NCBI GenBank assembly: GCA_934446675.1
Contig: CAKSEL010000007.1
Location: 445 to 64,444 of the forward strand
Source: an uncultured Eubacteriales bacterium
GTDB lineage: Bacteria > Bacillota > Clostridia > Oscillospirales > CAG-382
DNA length: 64,000 nt
Reading direction: 5' to 3'
Shown here: piece by piece, positions 17,967 through 26,102 of the stretch
How the letters are laid out: the number at the start of each line of letters is the position of its first letter
Numbering within the stretch: the first letter of the stretch is position 1
Notes under the pieces: model-generated
Database searches by the model: none
What the model was told of the DNA's origin: nothing
What the model saw: only the letters and a program-made list of their open reading frames with translations
Made by a program: the position numbers and the translations under genes

Positions 17967-18709
17967 TTGCGCACCTCCAAATCAAGCAGAACGCCGGAAT
18001 AATACTTTTTTAATTCCGAAATAATAATTTCACGCTTTTCGAGTACCTGTGCAAGCTGATCGGCAGGTACCTGTATTTTTGCTGAATTTCCCGTTTTTCT
18101 CACTCTGAAATTACTGAATCCGAGAGAAAACAAATAATTTTCCGCCATCTCCGTCGCTCTCAGTTTTTCCTCTGTAATACGTTCGCCTGCCGGAATACGG
18201 GTTGCAAGACAGGCATAGGCCGGCTTATTCCATGTGAACAGCCCGGCTTCTTTTGAAAGCCGGCGAATTTCGCTTTTTGTCAATCCGCACATACGCAGAG
18301 GAGAAAATACGGACAGTTCTTGCAAGGCTTTCATACCGGGACGGTCCTGCGCATCATCAGACGCATTTGTTCCGTCAAGCAAAACTGTAAATCCGTCATC
18401 TGCCGCCTGCTTTTTTATGGTTTCAAATATTGTTTTCTTGCAGTAGTAACAGCGATTGTTCGGGTTAGACGCTGTTTTTTCATCAGCAAGCACATCTATA
18501 TGCAGCGTTTTCATCTCCGCACCAACCTGTTTTGCCAAACGCACGGCGTCCTCGTATTCAAACTGCGGCTGAAAAGCCGATTTTGCATAATATGCGCACA
18601 CTTTTTCCGCATGGAGCTTTGCAAAATAGAAAAGATATGACGAATCGACGCCGCCGGAAAACGCGACCGCAACCTTTGTATGTTCCCTGAAAAAATCTTC
18701 TAAATTCAT
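17963..18709 (-). CDS. larE: ATP-dependent sacrificial sulfur transferase LarE (PP-loop ATPase)
   Basis: Start moved to MNLEDFF (AGGGG 7 nt upstream). PP-loop VAFSGGVDSS and CYYCK motif. Confidence 0.9.
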   Translation of the reverse strand: MNLEDFFREHTKVAVAFSGGVDSSYLFYFAKLHAEKVCAYYAKSAFQPQFEYEDAVRLAKQVGAEMKTLHIDVLADEKTASNPNNRCYYCKKTIFETIKKQAADDGFTVLLDGTNASDDAQDRPGMKALQELSVFSPLRMCGLTKSEIRRLSKEAGLFTWNKPAYACLATRIPAGERITEEKLRATEMAENYLFSLGFSNFRVRKTGNSAKIQVPADQLAQVLEKREIIISELKKYYSGVLLDLEVRK

Positions 18710-18725
18710 ATGATACCCCTGTATT

Positions 18726-18762
18726 AAAAACGGGCAGCTCCGCAAATCATACAGAGCAGCCC
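18726..18762 (-). terminator. Weak hairpin plus U5 between the small membrane-protein genes and larE (possible partial terminator)
   Basis: Minus strand: GGGCTGCTC...GAGCTGCCC (one mismatch) followed by gTTTTT, in the 62-nt gap before larE. Confidence 0.3.
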
Positions 18763-18771
18763 TGCGGCTGT

Positions 18772-19086
18772 TTATTTCTTTCCGAATAATACGTTCTTAA
18801 CAACGCCTTTGGGATCTTTAACAAGCAAATTTACGATCCAAATGCAAAGTCCGAATGCCACGGCAGACAAGCCCAGATAAAAATCGTTAAGCATATCTGC
18901 CGGCGAAGGCGTAAAATACGCTGTTCCGAGTTCCGCATATTCAAAAATTGCATCGGCAAGCCACATGAATGAGGCACCCCAATACATAAGTGTCAGAAAA
19001 CCTAAATTTATATCGCTTTTCGGAGCATTGTTATACCAGATGACCGTGCAGATAACTGCCGCAAATACCGTTGTCAGCAAAGTCAT
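18772..19086 (-). CDS. Small 3-TM membrane protein, unknown family (paralogous to the upstream gene product)
   Basis: 104 aa from MTLLTTVFAAV (AGAGGG 9 nt upstream). Three hydrophobic helices and the motif LMYWGASFMWLADAIFEYAE. Confidence 0.6.
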   Translation of the reverse strand: MTLLTTVFAAVICTVIWYNNAPKSDINLGFLTLMYWGASFMWLADAIFEYAELGTAYFTPSPADMLNDFYLGLSAVAFGLCIWIVNLLVKDPKGVVKNVLFGKK

Positions 19087-19088
19087 AA

Positions 19089-19502
19089 TTATATGCCCTC
19101 TTTTGCGGTTTCCGGTACACTTAACGCTTTCTTTTCGATAACAGTGCTTACCGCAACCATGCCGAGCCACACCGCTGTGACAATAGCAGACATCAATACT
19201 CCCGTGCTTCCGATTTCTGCGAGCATCTCAGCTGTTTCTCCGGTTTTGACTGCCGTAAGAAACGGAAAGAATGGAACAACTTCACCGTGCCATACATGCT
19301 CAAAAGCAAGCAGTGCAGAACCTCCCCACAGCATTTTGTTGAGCCAGCCGAGTTTTACGGAAAACGGAATCTTTACCGTCTCCACCGTTGTTTTTTCGGA
19401 AAGAGAAATACTTTCGTTTTCTCTCTTTTCCTGTGATTTAACCGCCTTTGCCGCGATTGTTGTGATGACTGCTTCAGCAGCCGGAGCAATAAAACATGCC
19501 AT
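19089..19502 (-). CDS. Small 3-TM membrane protein, unknown family, His/Glu-containing loop
   Basis: 137 aa from MACFIAPAAEAV (AGGAGG 8 nt upstream). Motif KMLWGGSALLAFEHVWHGE parallels that of the downstream gene. Its stop abuts the next start. Confidence 0.6.
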   Translation of the reverse strand: MACFIAPAAEAVITTIAAKAVKSQEKRENESISLSEKTTVETVKIPFSVKLGWLNKMLWGGSALLAFEHVWHGEVVPFFPFLTAVKTGETAEMLAEIGSTGVLMSAIVTAVWLGMVAVSTVIEKKALSVPETAKEGI

Positions 19503-19670
19503 GATCAAAAACCTCCTGAAATTTCCGGCGAAAATATATAAAAAAGAAGGCATAACGGCTCTCTTCTGAAAAACCGCATACCTTCATAGTACACATAATC
19601 GCCTGTATTGATTTAAAATTTTGTTAATATCCGTATGCTTCGGCATACATATCGGAATTCATATTCCGAT
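19503..19670 (-). promoter_or_regulatory. Structured ~165-nt 5' leader (candidate riboswitch/attenuator) of the membrane-protein/lar genes
   Basis: Two perfect hairpins sit at the predicted 5' end: ATCGGAAT/ATTCCGAT at 19651-19670 and GTATGC/GCATAC at 19633-19648. An intrinsic terminator lies at 19540-19585, upstream of the RBS. Confidence 0.45.
19540..19585 (-). terminator. Leader-internal rho-independent terminator
   Basis: Minus strand: GAAGGUAUGCGG-loop-CCGUUAUGCCUUC followed by U6, ending 38 nt before the start codon at 19502. Confidence 0.55.
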
Positions 19671-19676
19671 GGGAAT

Positions 19677-19705
19677 ATTTTACCATATTTTAAGAGTGAT
19701 GTCAA
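19677..19705 (-). promoter_or_regulatory. Sigma-70-type promoter with extended -10
   Basis: Minus strand: TTGACA (19705-19700), 17-nt spacer ending in TGG, TAAAAT (19682-19677). Confidence 0.6.
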
Positions 19706-19722
19706 TATTTAACGGCAAAGTT

Positions 19723-20355
19723 TTACTTTATTTCTTCAAAAACCTTAAGCCATTCGCGAGCTATAAGCTCATGTCCGGCAGGTGTCGGATGAATACCCTC
19801 ACCCGTCCAGAATCCGTTTACCGGATACTTTTCATAAGCCTCATCAAAGGCTTTCTGAAGCGGCACATACTTTAAATTATACTTTTCTGCAATGAGTTTC
19901 GCTTTTTCCGCGCGAAGCCCGACCTCGTACTTAAAATCGTTCCATACGGTGTCCGTAAACGAGCCGTGCGTCACATAAGGCTCCATAATCATTATTTTGA
20001 TATCCGGCAATGCCTCAAGAACTTCTTTTATAAGCATATCATAAATCATAAAGTATTTATCCGCGTCAACGCCGTTTCTGTATTCCTCGAACTCATGCCA
20101 GACGTCATTTACGCCGACAAGTATACTCATAACGTCGGGCTTTAAATTGATTATATCCACCTTGATGCGGGCATACAGGTCAACAATTCTGTTTCCGCCG
20201 ATACTGCGGTTGTAAAATTTGTATTCTCCGGGATTCTCATAGTCCATCTTTCCGACTATTCTTAACGGATAGCCTTGTCCCGGAAACTCTTTGCCGCGTT
20301 CTCTCGGACGGCAGCAGTCTGTTATGGAATCTCCCTGAAAAAGTATTGTTTTCAT
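19723..20355 (-). CDS. SGNH/GDSL hydrolase (carbohydrate esterase-like)
   Basis: 210 aa. Block I MKTILFQGDSITD, block III GVNDVWH, C-terminal DGIHPT. Confidence 0.85.
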   Translation of the reverse strand: MKTILFQGDSITDCCRPRERGKEFPGQGYPLRIVGKMDYENPGEYKFYNRSIGGNRIVDLYARIKVDIINLKPDVMSILVGVNDVWHEFEEYRNGVDADKYFMIYDMLIKEVLEALPDIKIMIMEPYVTHGSFTDTVWNDFKYEVGLRAEKAKLIAEKYNLKYVPLQKAFDEAYEKYPVNGFWTGEGIHPTPAGHELIAREWLKVFEEIK

Positions 20356-20437
20356 AGTTGTTTTCTCCTTCTTGTAACTTTTTTATGTTTAATATTATAG
20401 TGTTTTAAAACCGTTTTCATTAAAACTTGCGCTGCTT

Positions 20438-21283
20438 TTATTCCATATCAAGTACATCTGTAAGGTTCAGTTCGCATATAACCGCGCGTTCAAACGGGGA
20501 TCCATTGGGGGCATGCATAACAAACATAGTTTTTCCCTCAAAAGTATTGAAAATCATGCCATGTCCGCCCTGTTCTGAAAACAGCGGAGTTTTTTTGACC
20601 GTCCAGTTTCCGTCTATATCGCCGTTGCTGCTGACTGATACCAACTCCGTATAGCCGTTTTTATTAAAGCTTGACCATATGCATATGAGCTGACCCTTGC
20701 TTACTCTATACAGAAACGGGCCGTCCGTAACATACGATTTTTTGTCAGGAAAAGCATTTGCAACATCTTCATAGTCCGACGCCCTCCACAAAACGCGCGG
20801 TTCGCTTACGGCTTTCGTTAAATCTTCCGATAATTCCATTTCACAAATTGTTCCGTCGCCAATCTGCGCCCATTCATGGCAAAATACTATATGCGGACGG
20901 TTATTTATATCCACATATAAAGTTCCGTCAAGGCAGTCCCAGTCACGCGGAGTTACGGGATATTCGGTAATGGGAGCAAACAGACCGTCGGGAGTATCAC
21001 AAACCAGAATCTGAGTCCCTCGGCAATATCCGTTTGCCTTAAATGACGCAAACATATAGAATTTTTTGTTGTAAATGTGAACCTCCGGCGCCCAAAAATC
21101 CCTGTCCGCCCAAAAATTTTCCGATGGCAGAAACACAGTTTCGGGCAAAGACCATTCAACAAGATCTTTGCTTTTATAAACGCAAAAATTCTGCGTTCCG
21201 TCAACCCCTTTACTGTACATGTAATATGTGCCGTCATACGTCAGTATAAAAGGATCTCTTATATTGATGTCTTTTAATTCCAT
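20438..21283 (-). CDS. Glycoside hydrolase family 43 (arabinofuranosidase/xylosidase-type five-bladed propeller)
   Basis: 281 aa. IRDPFILTYDGTYYMY, FWAPEVH and LDGTLYVD blocks typical of GH43. No signal peptide. Confidence 0.85.
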   Translation of the reverse strand: MELKDINIRDPFILTYDGTYYMYSKGVDGTQNFCVYKSKDLVEWSLPETVFLPSENFWADRDFWAPEVHIYNKKFYMFASFKANGYCRGTQILVCDTPDGLFAPITEYPVTPRDWDCLDGTLYVDINNRPHIVFCHEWAQIGDGTICEMELSEDLTKAVSEPRVLWRASDYEDVANAFPDKKSYVTDGPFLYRVSKGQLICIWSSFNKNGYTELVSVSSNGDIDGNWTVKKTPLFSEQGGHGMIFNTFEGKTMFVMHAPNGSPFERAVICELNLTDVLDME

Positions 21284-21352
21284 TTTGATTTCTCCTTATT
21301 CATTCCGGTATGATTGTACATCGACAGAAAAACACTAATTCAAGAATTACGT

Positions 21353-21757
21353 TTACAGTATTTTTTCAAGCTCTTTTACAGCGTTATCTATCAGCTGTAC
21401 GACAGTAAAGCTTGAAGCGCCGGCAACAATGTTGTCGCAGTGGTTCATGGGCAGCAAAATACGTTTCGCCATGCTCTGTCCGACGGCAAGCGCCATTGAC
21501 GGTGTGATCTCTCCGTACATTGCGTCTGCAATTACGATACCGATAGGCCCCATAATAATATCAGCTTTGCGGCAGCCGACAATAACAGCGTTCTCACCGG
21601 TTGCGGCATGATCCGCACCGGCTTTTAACATTGCCGCCGTTGCGATTGTATTTGTTCCCACCGCCGTTATTACGGCTTTCGGCACTTTTTCTCTTATTGC
21701 CGCAACAAGCTGCCTGCCTATGCCGCCGCCCTGCGCATCTATGATCAATATGTTCAT
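21353..21757 (-). CDS. DUF3842-like small protein
   Basis: 134 aa. MNILIIDAQGGGIGRQLV N-terminus, recalled from the DUF3842 family. Confidence 0.65.
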   Translation of the reverse strand: MNILIIDAQGGGIGRQLVAAIREKVPKAVITAVGTNTIATAAMLKAGADHAATGENAVIVGCRKADIIMGPIGIVIADAMYGEITPSMALAVGQSMAKRILLPMNHCDNIVAGASSFTVVQLIDNAVKELEKIL

Positions 21758-21806
21758 TGTTATTCACCCAAGCACATCAGATATCCGTTTTGTTTAAAAA
21801 CTTTCG

Positions 21807-22775
21807 TTAAAAGCACAGACAGATTGTAGCGGCGACGCCGCACATAATACCGCCCCACTGCTTTAAGGTAAGCCTTTCTTTAAACAGCAAGACACCTGCC
21901 ATTATATTAAGTATAAGCCCTCCGCCGTTTAAAATCGGAAAAAGCACCGCGCTTTCCACAACTCCCGACAAATACAGGTTAAAATAGTTATTCAAAGCAA
22001 TGCATATACCCGATATTATCAGAATCAAAACAAACACTGCGCGCATTTTCCTGCTTTTTGTCTTATTTCCGTCATCTGCGGCTGCAAACTGAACGTTCTT
22101 GTTTTCTGCTTTGCGCCTTGTTTCAATTTTGTATGCTGCAACCGAAAAGACAAACGACACCGCGAATGCAATAATTAAAAACGGAACAAGTTCGCCGCTG
22201 TGTTCTGAGCTTTGATGCACCTTTTGCATTATTCCTATTCCGGCAGTAGCGACAGCCGCGGCAAAAGCCAATATCAGCCATTTTACGGAAAAAGTTTTTT
22301 CTTCGTCATCTTTTCCGACTGCAAGCACAAAACAAAACATCATGAGAATTATACCGGTAATTTTAAGCGCATTAAGCTTTTCGTGCCAAAAAATAAAACC
22401 CGAAAGCGATGTAATAACCGTAGAAAAAGAAATAATTACAGAAGTATACGACCAGGGACCGACTTTGAGAGCCATAGTTGTAAAAACAGTGGCAGCCATA
22501 GTTACAATACCGAAAAGCACTGCCATAATAACAGTATACAGCGACGCGCTTAAACGAAATCCGGCTATAACCGCCAAAGTTGCGGCACACAATACGCTTG
22601 TTACACCGTTATACACGTAATTGCCGCTTTTTTCGGTTATAAAGGTATTGGAATAGTAATTGCGGAAAATTCCGCAAAGAAGATACGCCGCCATGGAAAC
22701 AACTATAATAACGGCAGTTGGCATTGATGCTAAATTCATTTTCAAAACGGCAATACCGGGCTTTTTGCCCGACAT
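21807..22775 (-). CDS. Polytopic membrane permease, DMT/EamA-like (about 10 TM)
   Basis: 322 aa. Two 5-TM halves separated by a charged loop (RRKAENKNVQFAAADDGNKTKSRK). The family assignment comes from topology only. Confidence 0.55.
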   Translation of the reverse strand: MSGKKPGIAVLKMNLASMPTAVIIVVSMAAYLLCGIFRNYYSNTFITEKSGNYVYNGVTSVLCAATLAVIAGFRLSASLYTVIMAVLFGIVTMAATVFTTMALKVGPWSYTSVIISFSTVITSLSGFIFWHEKLNALKITGIILMMFCFVLAVGKDDEEKTFSVKWLILAFAAAVATAGIGIMQKVHQSSEHSGELVPFLIIAFAVSFVFSVAAYKIETRRKAENKNVQFAAADDGNKTKSRKMRAVFVLILIISGICIALNNYFNLYLSGVVESAVLFPILNGGGLILNIMAGVLLFKERLTLKQWGGIMCGVAATICLCF

Positions 22776-22830
22776 TCTCCCTTTCTCTTAAATAACTTTG
22801 CGAACGGATAAACGGTAACGTTATTTTACA

Positions 22831-24198
22831 TTATAATCTCAGTGAAGTTTTAAAAGCGAAATCCGCATCTTTCACAAGCTCGTCATCATTAATGCCGCAT
22901 TTGACATTTTCGCACTCAATTTTTCCCTTGCTCCAAACTGTTATCAGGGAATCGCCGCCGTAATTTTCAACAACTACATTATTAAACGAGATCAAATCAT
23001 AGTTGCACGCATGCATAAAACAGTATTTTGCGGATTTTTCACGAAAACCGACCTTGGCATTATTTAATCTTACCGTAACCTTGTTTTCCGCGTCTCCGTA
23101 AACAACAAACGGCATAATTATTCCGGTTGCATTTATGTTTTTAAATGTAATGGAATCCAAAGGACGGTTCTGCTGCCAGATTTCACTGCCGGAATAATTA
23201 TAATACAAAAATCTGTCGGCATTTTCAATCGTGCAGTCCGATATGACAATATTGCCCGGACGGTGCTCTATATCCACCGAAAAATCCGAGTAATATGTAA
23301 ACACGCTCAGCATATTGTTGCGGTGTCCTTCGACGGTGGGTTTTATACCGTTCTTCTTCTCTTCCACGCTTAAGCTGCCGCGGAAAAGATACCTGCACGG
23401 TCCGTATATGTGACACTTTTCAACAAAAACATTTGTGCCGCCGAATCTCATTGCATTGCACGCGGAATTGAGTTCGCACCCCTTTACAAGCACATTTGTG
23501 TTGGCAAAGCCTGCGACGCAGTCATCTCCGGTATAAAACTTGCAGTCCGTTATTTTAACATTATTGCAAACCGTTATATGTATGCCGTCGTGTCCTGCCA
23601 ATACCGTAATGCCGTCTGCCGTAATGTTATCGCAGTAAAAAGCCGCCGTCGCCCAATTTGCGCTGTCTTTTATCGTATAGCCTTGCAGACGGATATTTTT
23701 ACAGTAAAACATATTAATACAGTGCGGTCCGCGGTAGTATTCTTCTCCGAGTTCGTCATAGCAGTCGCTTCCGTCAAGAACAGAGCCCTCGTCGCCGATG
23801 ATCGCAATATTTTCGGCATTTATCGCCCTTATAAGAGCATTATTCCATCTGCTGCCGGGAATACGCATAAACCGGTAATCCTTTACCTCGTCATATTCGG
23901 TTCGTTTCCAGGGTGCGTCGGTTACAAGCCCGGGCGCTAACGGCTCTGTTTTGTCATTTAAATATCCAAAATAATCTTCGGGATTCTTGCTGCCTTTCAA
24001 TACGGCATTTTTCAGCAAATGCAGCGTAACGTTGCTGCGGAGTCTGATTCCTCCCGTTAAGAATACTCCCTCCGGGATCTGTACTTCGCCGCCGCCCAAA
24101 TTAAAGCAATAATCAATCGCGTTCTGAATTTTTGCGGTCTGAAGTTCATTATTCCTTTCAGCGCCGAAATCACATATTGATACTATCGTTCCTGACAT
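22831..24198 (-). CDS. Right-handed beta-helix glycosidase, GH28-like (polygalacturonase/rhamnogalacturonase superfamily)
   Basis: 455 aa. The N-terminus ICDFGAERNNELQTAKIQNAIDYC...GGGEVQIPEGVFLTGGIRL is typical of GH28. HDGIH and TGDDCVAG blocks. No signal peptide. Confidence 0.7.
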   Translation of the reverse strand: MSGTIVSICDFGAERNNELQTAKIQNAIDYCFNLGGGEVQIPEGVFLTGGIRLRSNVTLHLLKNAVLKGSKNPEDYFGYLNDKTEPLAPGLVTDAPWKRTEYDEVKDYRFMRIPGSRWNNALIRAINAENIAIIGDEGSVLDGSDCYDELGEEYYRGPHCINMFYCKNIRLQGYTIKDSANWATAAFYCDNITADGITVLAGHDGIHITVCNNVKITDCKFYTGDDCVAGFANTNVLVKGCELNSACNAMRFGGTNVFVEKCHIYGPCRYLFRGSLSVEEKKNGIKPTVEGHRNNMLSVFTYYSDFSVDIEHRPGNIVISDCTIENADRFLYYNYSGSEIWQQNRPLDSITFKNINATGIIMPFVVYGDAENKVTVRLNNAKVGFREKSAKYCFMHACNYDLISFNNVVVENYGGDSLITVWSKGKIECENVKCGINDDELVKDADFAFKTSLRL

Positions 24199-24216
24199 AA
24201 TAACCTCCTGAAAGCT

Positions 24217-24849
24217 TTAGATTGCTTCGAGAAATTTTTTCAGCTTTTCAGCCAAAACACGGTTTCCGGCATCATTCGGGTGAAGTCCGTCCGGGCAAAA
24301 TGCTTCTTTCTGTTCCGGAATGTCCGGACAAATGCCGAACGACGCAAACAAATCAAGCACCGGAAGTGAGTACATTTCAGCAGCCTCGCGGATTACATCA
24401 ACATAATCCTTTAACACTTTTTGATTTGAGCTGTTAGGCTTGTAATCGTGTATACGGTGCATGGGAGTAATTATAATTATAGGCTTTGTCGGGTACTTTT
24501 CGATAAGACCTCTGAACAGGTAATGAACCGCGCCGCAAAAAGTCTGGGGTGTACGATCCGTAAATTCTCCGAACGGCGCGTCGCCGTGACCGTAATCGTT
24601 TGTTCCGCCGAAAACAACAACCGCATCGGCGTCATCGTCCATGCCGGAAAAACGCGCGCAGAAATCCGTCGTATCGGGGCACGCTATCTGTCTTGCTATA
24701 CGCGTTCCGCCTATACCGTAGTTCCGTATTTCCGAAAGACCCGCCGTTTCCTTCAATACGCACGTAAAGCGCGCCGCCTCGCAGCTTGTTCCGGAGCCTT
24801 CCGTAATGCTGTCGCCCAAAAAAGCAATTTTCTTTCCATTCAGTTCCAT
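24217..24849 (-). CDS. SGNH/GDSL hydrolase (carbohydrate esterase-like)
   Basis: 210 aa. FLGDSITEG, GGTNDYGH, DGLHPN blocks. Confidence 0.85.
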   Translation of the reverse strand: MELNGKKIAFLGDSITEGSGTSCEAARFTCVLKETAGLSEIRNYGIGGTRIARQIACPDTTDFCARFSGMDDDADAVVVFGGTNDYGHGDAPFGEFTDRTPQTFCGAVHYLFRGLIEKYPTKPIIIITPMHRIHDYKPNSSNQKVLKDYVDVIREAAEMYSLPVLDLFASFGICPDIPEQKEAFCPDGLHPNDAGNRVLAEKLKKFLEAI

Positions 24850-24933
24850 ATTAACCTACCTCCGCGACTTAACTTTTGCCTTATCTTAACATAACAGGCT
24901 GAAAAAAACAATCATTATATTTGACAAAAACTA

Positions 24934-24962
24934 TTGCAATATTGACACTTTTATGGTATAAT
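24934..24962 (+). promoter_or_regulatory. Promoter of the AraC gene (possibly giving a leaderless mRNA)
   Basis: TTGCAA (24934-24939), 17-nt spacer ending in TGG, TATAAT (24957-24962). The ATG at 24969 begins 7 nt after the -10 and has no SD. Confidence 0.5.
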
Positions 24963-24968
24963 AGAACC

Positions 24969-25775
24969 ATGAAAAATACAGTTTTTAAGGAACATCAGGA
25001 GTTCAGTTTAAAAAAGCCCTGGGAATACAAAATTCATACTTTTCCTACCGACAGAGTCGTTCCGCCGCACTATGCCGAAACGCTCGAAGTGCTTATTTAC
25101 GACAATCTTATCGGTGAAACGCACATAGGAGGTCACCGTCTGAAGCTCGGCGGAAAACAGGTCTTTTTTGTAGGGCCGAATGTTGTTCACGCCATGTATT
25201 ACAAGAAAAACGACGGCAAAAACATAACTCTTAAAATAGATACGGAATTGCTCAAGCCCATATTCGATATTTCCGCCTATCTCGACTATTACGGAACAAA
25301 CTTCACCAATCTTCCTATGGAAATATTTGATTTTGATAAGATAATCGAAATTTCCGAGGTGTTTCTGAACGGAGAAATATGCGATGTTATACCGGCAATT
25401 ATCAGACTGTTTTCTATCCTGATTTCACATTCCGACGATTACAGTCATTTTCCTTTTCCGCAGAGCAACGATATGCTTGCGATTATCTCCTGGACCGAAA
25501 ACAATTTCAGCAGAAAAATAACGCTTGAAGAAGTTGCAAAGCAAGTCGGTTACAGCAGGCATTATTTATGCCGCAAATTTAAGAACGAAACCGGCACGAC
25601 TTATTTATCATATCTCAATTTTTTGCGTATCAGCAATGCCTGCAAGCTTCTGAAAGCAGGTCAGCCGATACCGGTAGTCTCCGAAAGCTGCGGTTTTGAA
25701 GATATATCGTATTTCACACAGCTTTTCAAGAAAATTGTCGGAGTTACGCCGAAAAAATACACGCAGCTTCACTGA
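24969..25775 (+). CDS. AraC family transcriptional regulator
   Basis: Start at MKNTVFKEH. C-terminal HTH KQVGYSRHYLCRKFKNETG...ESCGFEDISYFTQLFKKIVGVTP. Confidence 0.85.
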   Translation: MKNTVFKEHQEFSLKKPWEYKIHTFPTDRVVPPHYAETLEVLIYDNLIGETHIGGHRLKLGGKQVFFVGPNVVHAMYYKKNDGKNITLKIDTELLKPIFDISAYLDYYGTNFTNLPMEIFDFDKIIEISEVFLNGEICDVIPAIIRLFSILISHSDDYSHFPFPQSNDMLAIISWTENNFSRKITLEEVAKQVGYSRHYLCRKFKNETGTTYLSYLNFLRISNACKLLKAGQPIPVVSESCGFEDISYFTQLFKKIVGVTPKKYTQLH

Positions 25776-25799
25776 ACAAACTAAGATCTCACATTCATT

Positions 25800-25831
25800 T
25801 CCGCCGCCAAAAACGGCGGATTTATTTTTTT
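25800..25831 (+). terminator. Rho-independent terminator
   Basis: TCCGCCG-ccaaaaa-CGGCGGA followed by TTTATTTTTTT. Confidence 0.8.
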
Positions 25832-25834
25832 CAT

Positions 25835-25870
25835 AAAAAAAGCCCTGACAGACAGTTAAGTCCGTCAGGG
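25835..25870 (-). terminator. Rho-independent terminator ending the long minus-strand glycan-gene array
   Basis: Minus strand: CCCTGACGGAC-ttaact-GTCTGTCAGGG (one mismatch) followed by T7. Confidence 0.65.
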
Positions 25871-25959
25871 TCCGCTTTATACAACTAAAAATTGCAGATT
25901 AAGATAGGAGAGAGTAAAAAAACTGCGGATTGTATGTTGTTGTATAAGAGCCGGTGAAG

Positions 25960-26085
25960 TTAATGGAAAAGTTCAGATGTGTCAAAGAGATTCTCTTTTT
26001 CGGGTGTTTCGCCGCTGCCTTCGAGAATGTCCTCTGCACTCATCATAAACTTTTCAAGTTCGGGTGAAGAATAGGTCTTTTTCAT
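25960..26085 (-). CDS. 41-aa acidic peptide ORF (below the ORF-track cutoff)
   Basis: MKKTYSSPELEKFMMSAEDILEGSGETPEKENLFDTSELFH. GGAAAGGGG RBS 8 nt upstream. It starts 17 nt after the stop of the 923-aa gene and is followed by the terminator at 25835-25870. Confidence 0.35.
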   Translation of the reverse strand: MKKTYSSPELEKFMMSAEDILEGSGETPEKENLFDTSELFH

Positions 26086-26102
26086 TAATTTTTCCCCTTT
26101 CC

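Noticed and set aside
19633-19670. Twin hairpins read as the terminator of the SGNH gene (19723-20355)
   Set aside because: They lie downstream of a near-consensus promoter (-10 at 19677-19682) and lack a U-run. They fit better as the 5' end of the lar-operon leader. I also could not confirm identity with the NiCo riboswitch from memory, so no class is claimed.
25960-26085. Lasso-peptide or other RiPP precursor interpretation of the 41-aa ORF
   Set aside because: Only the K-x-Y-x-x-P-x-L stretch fits. There is no Gly/Thr leader end, no Cys and no core-like region. No cyclase, protease, RRE or radical-SAM gene lies anywhere in the window. It is kept only as a low-confidence small ORF.
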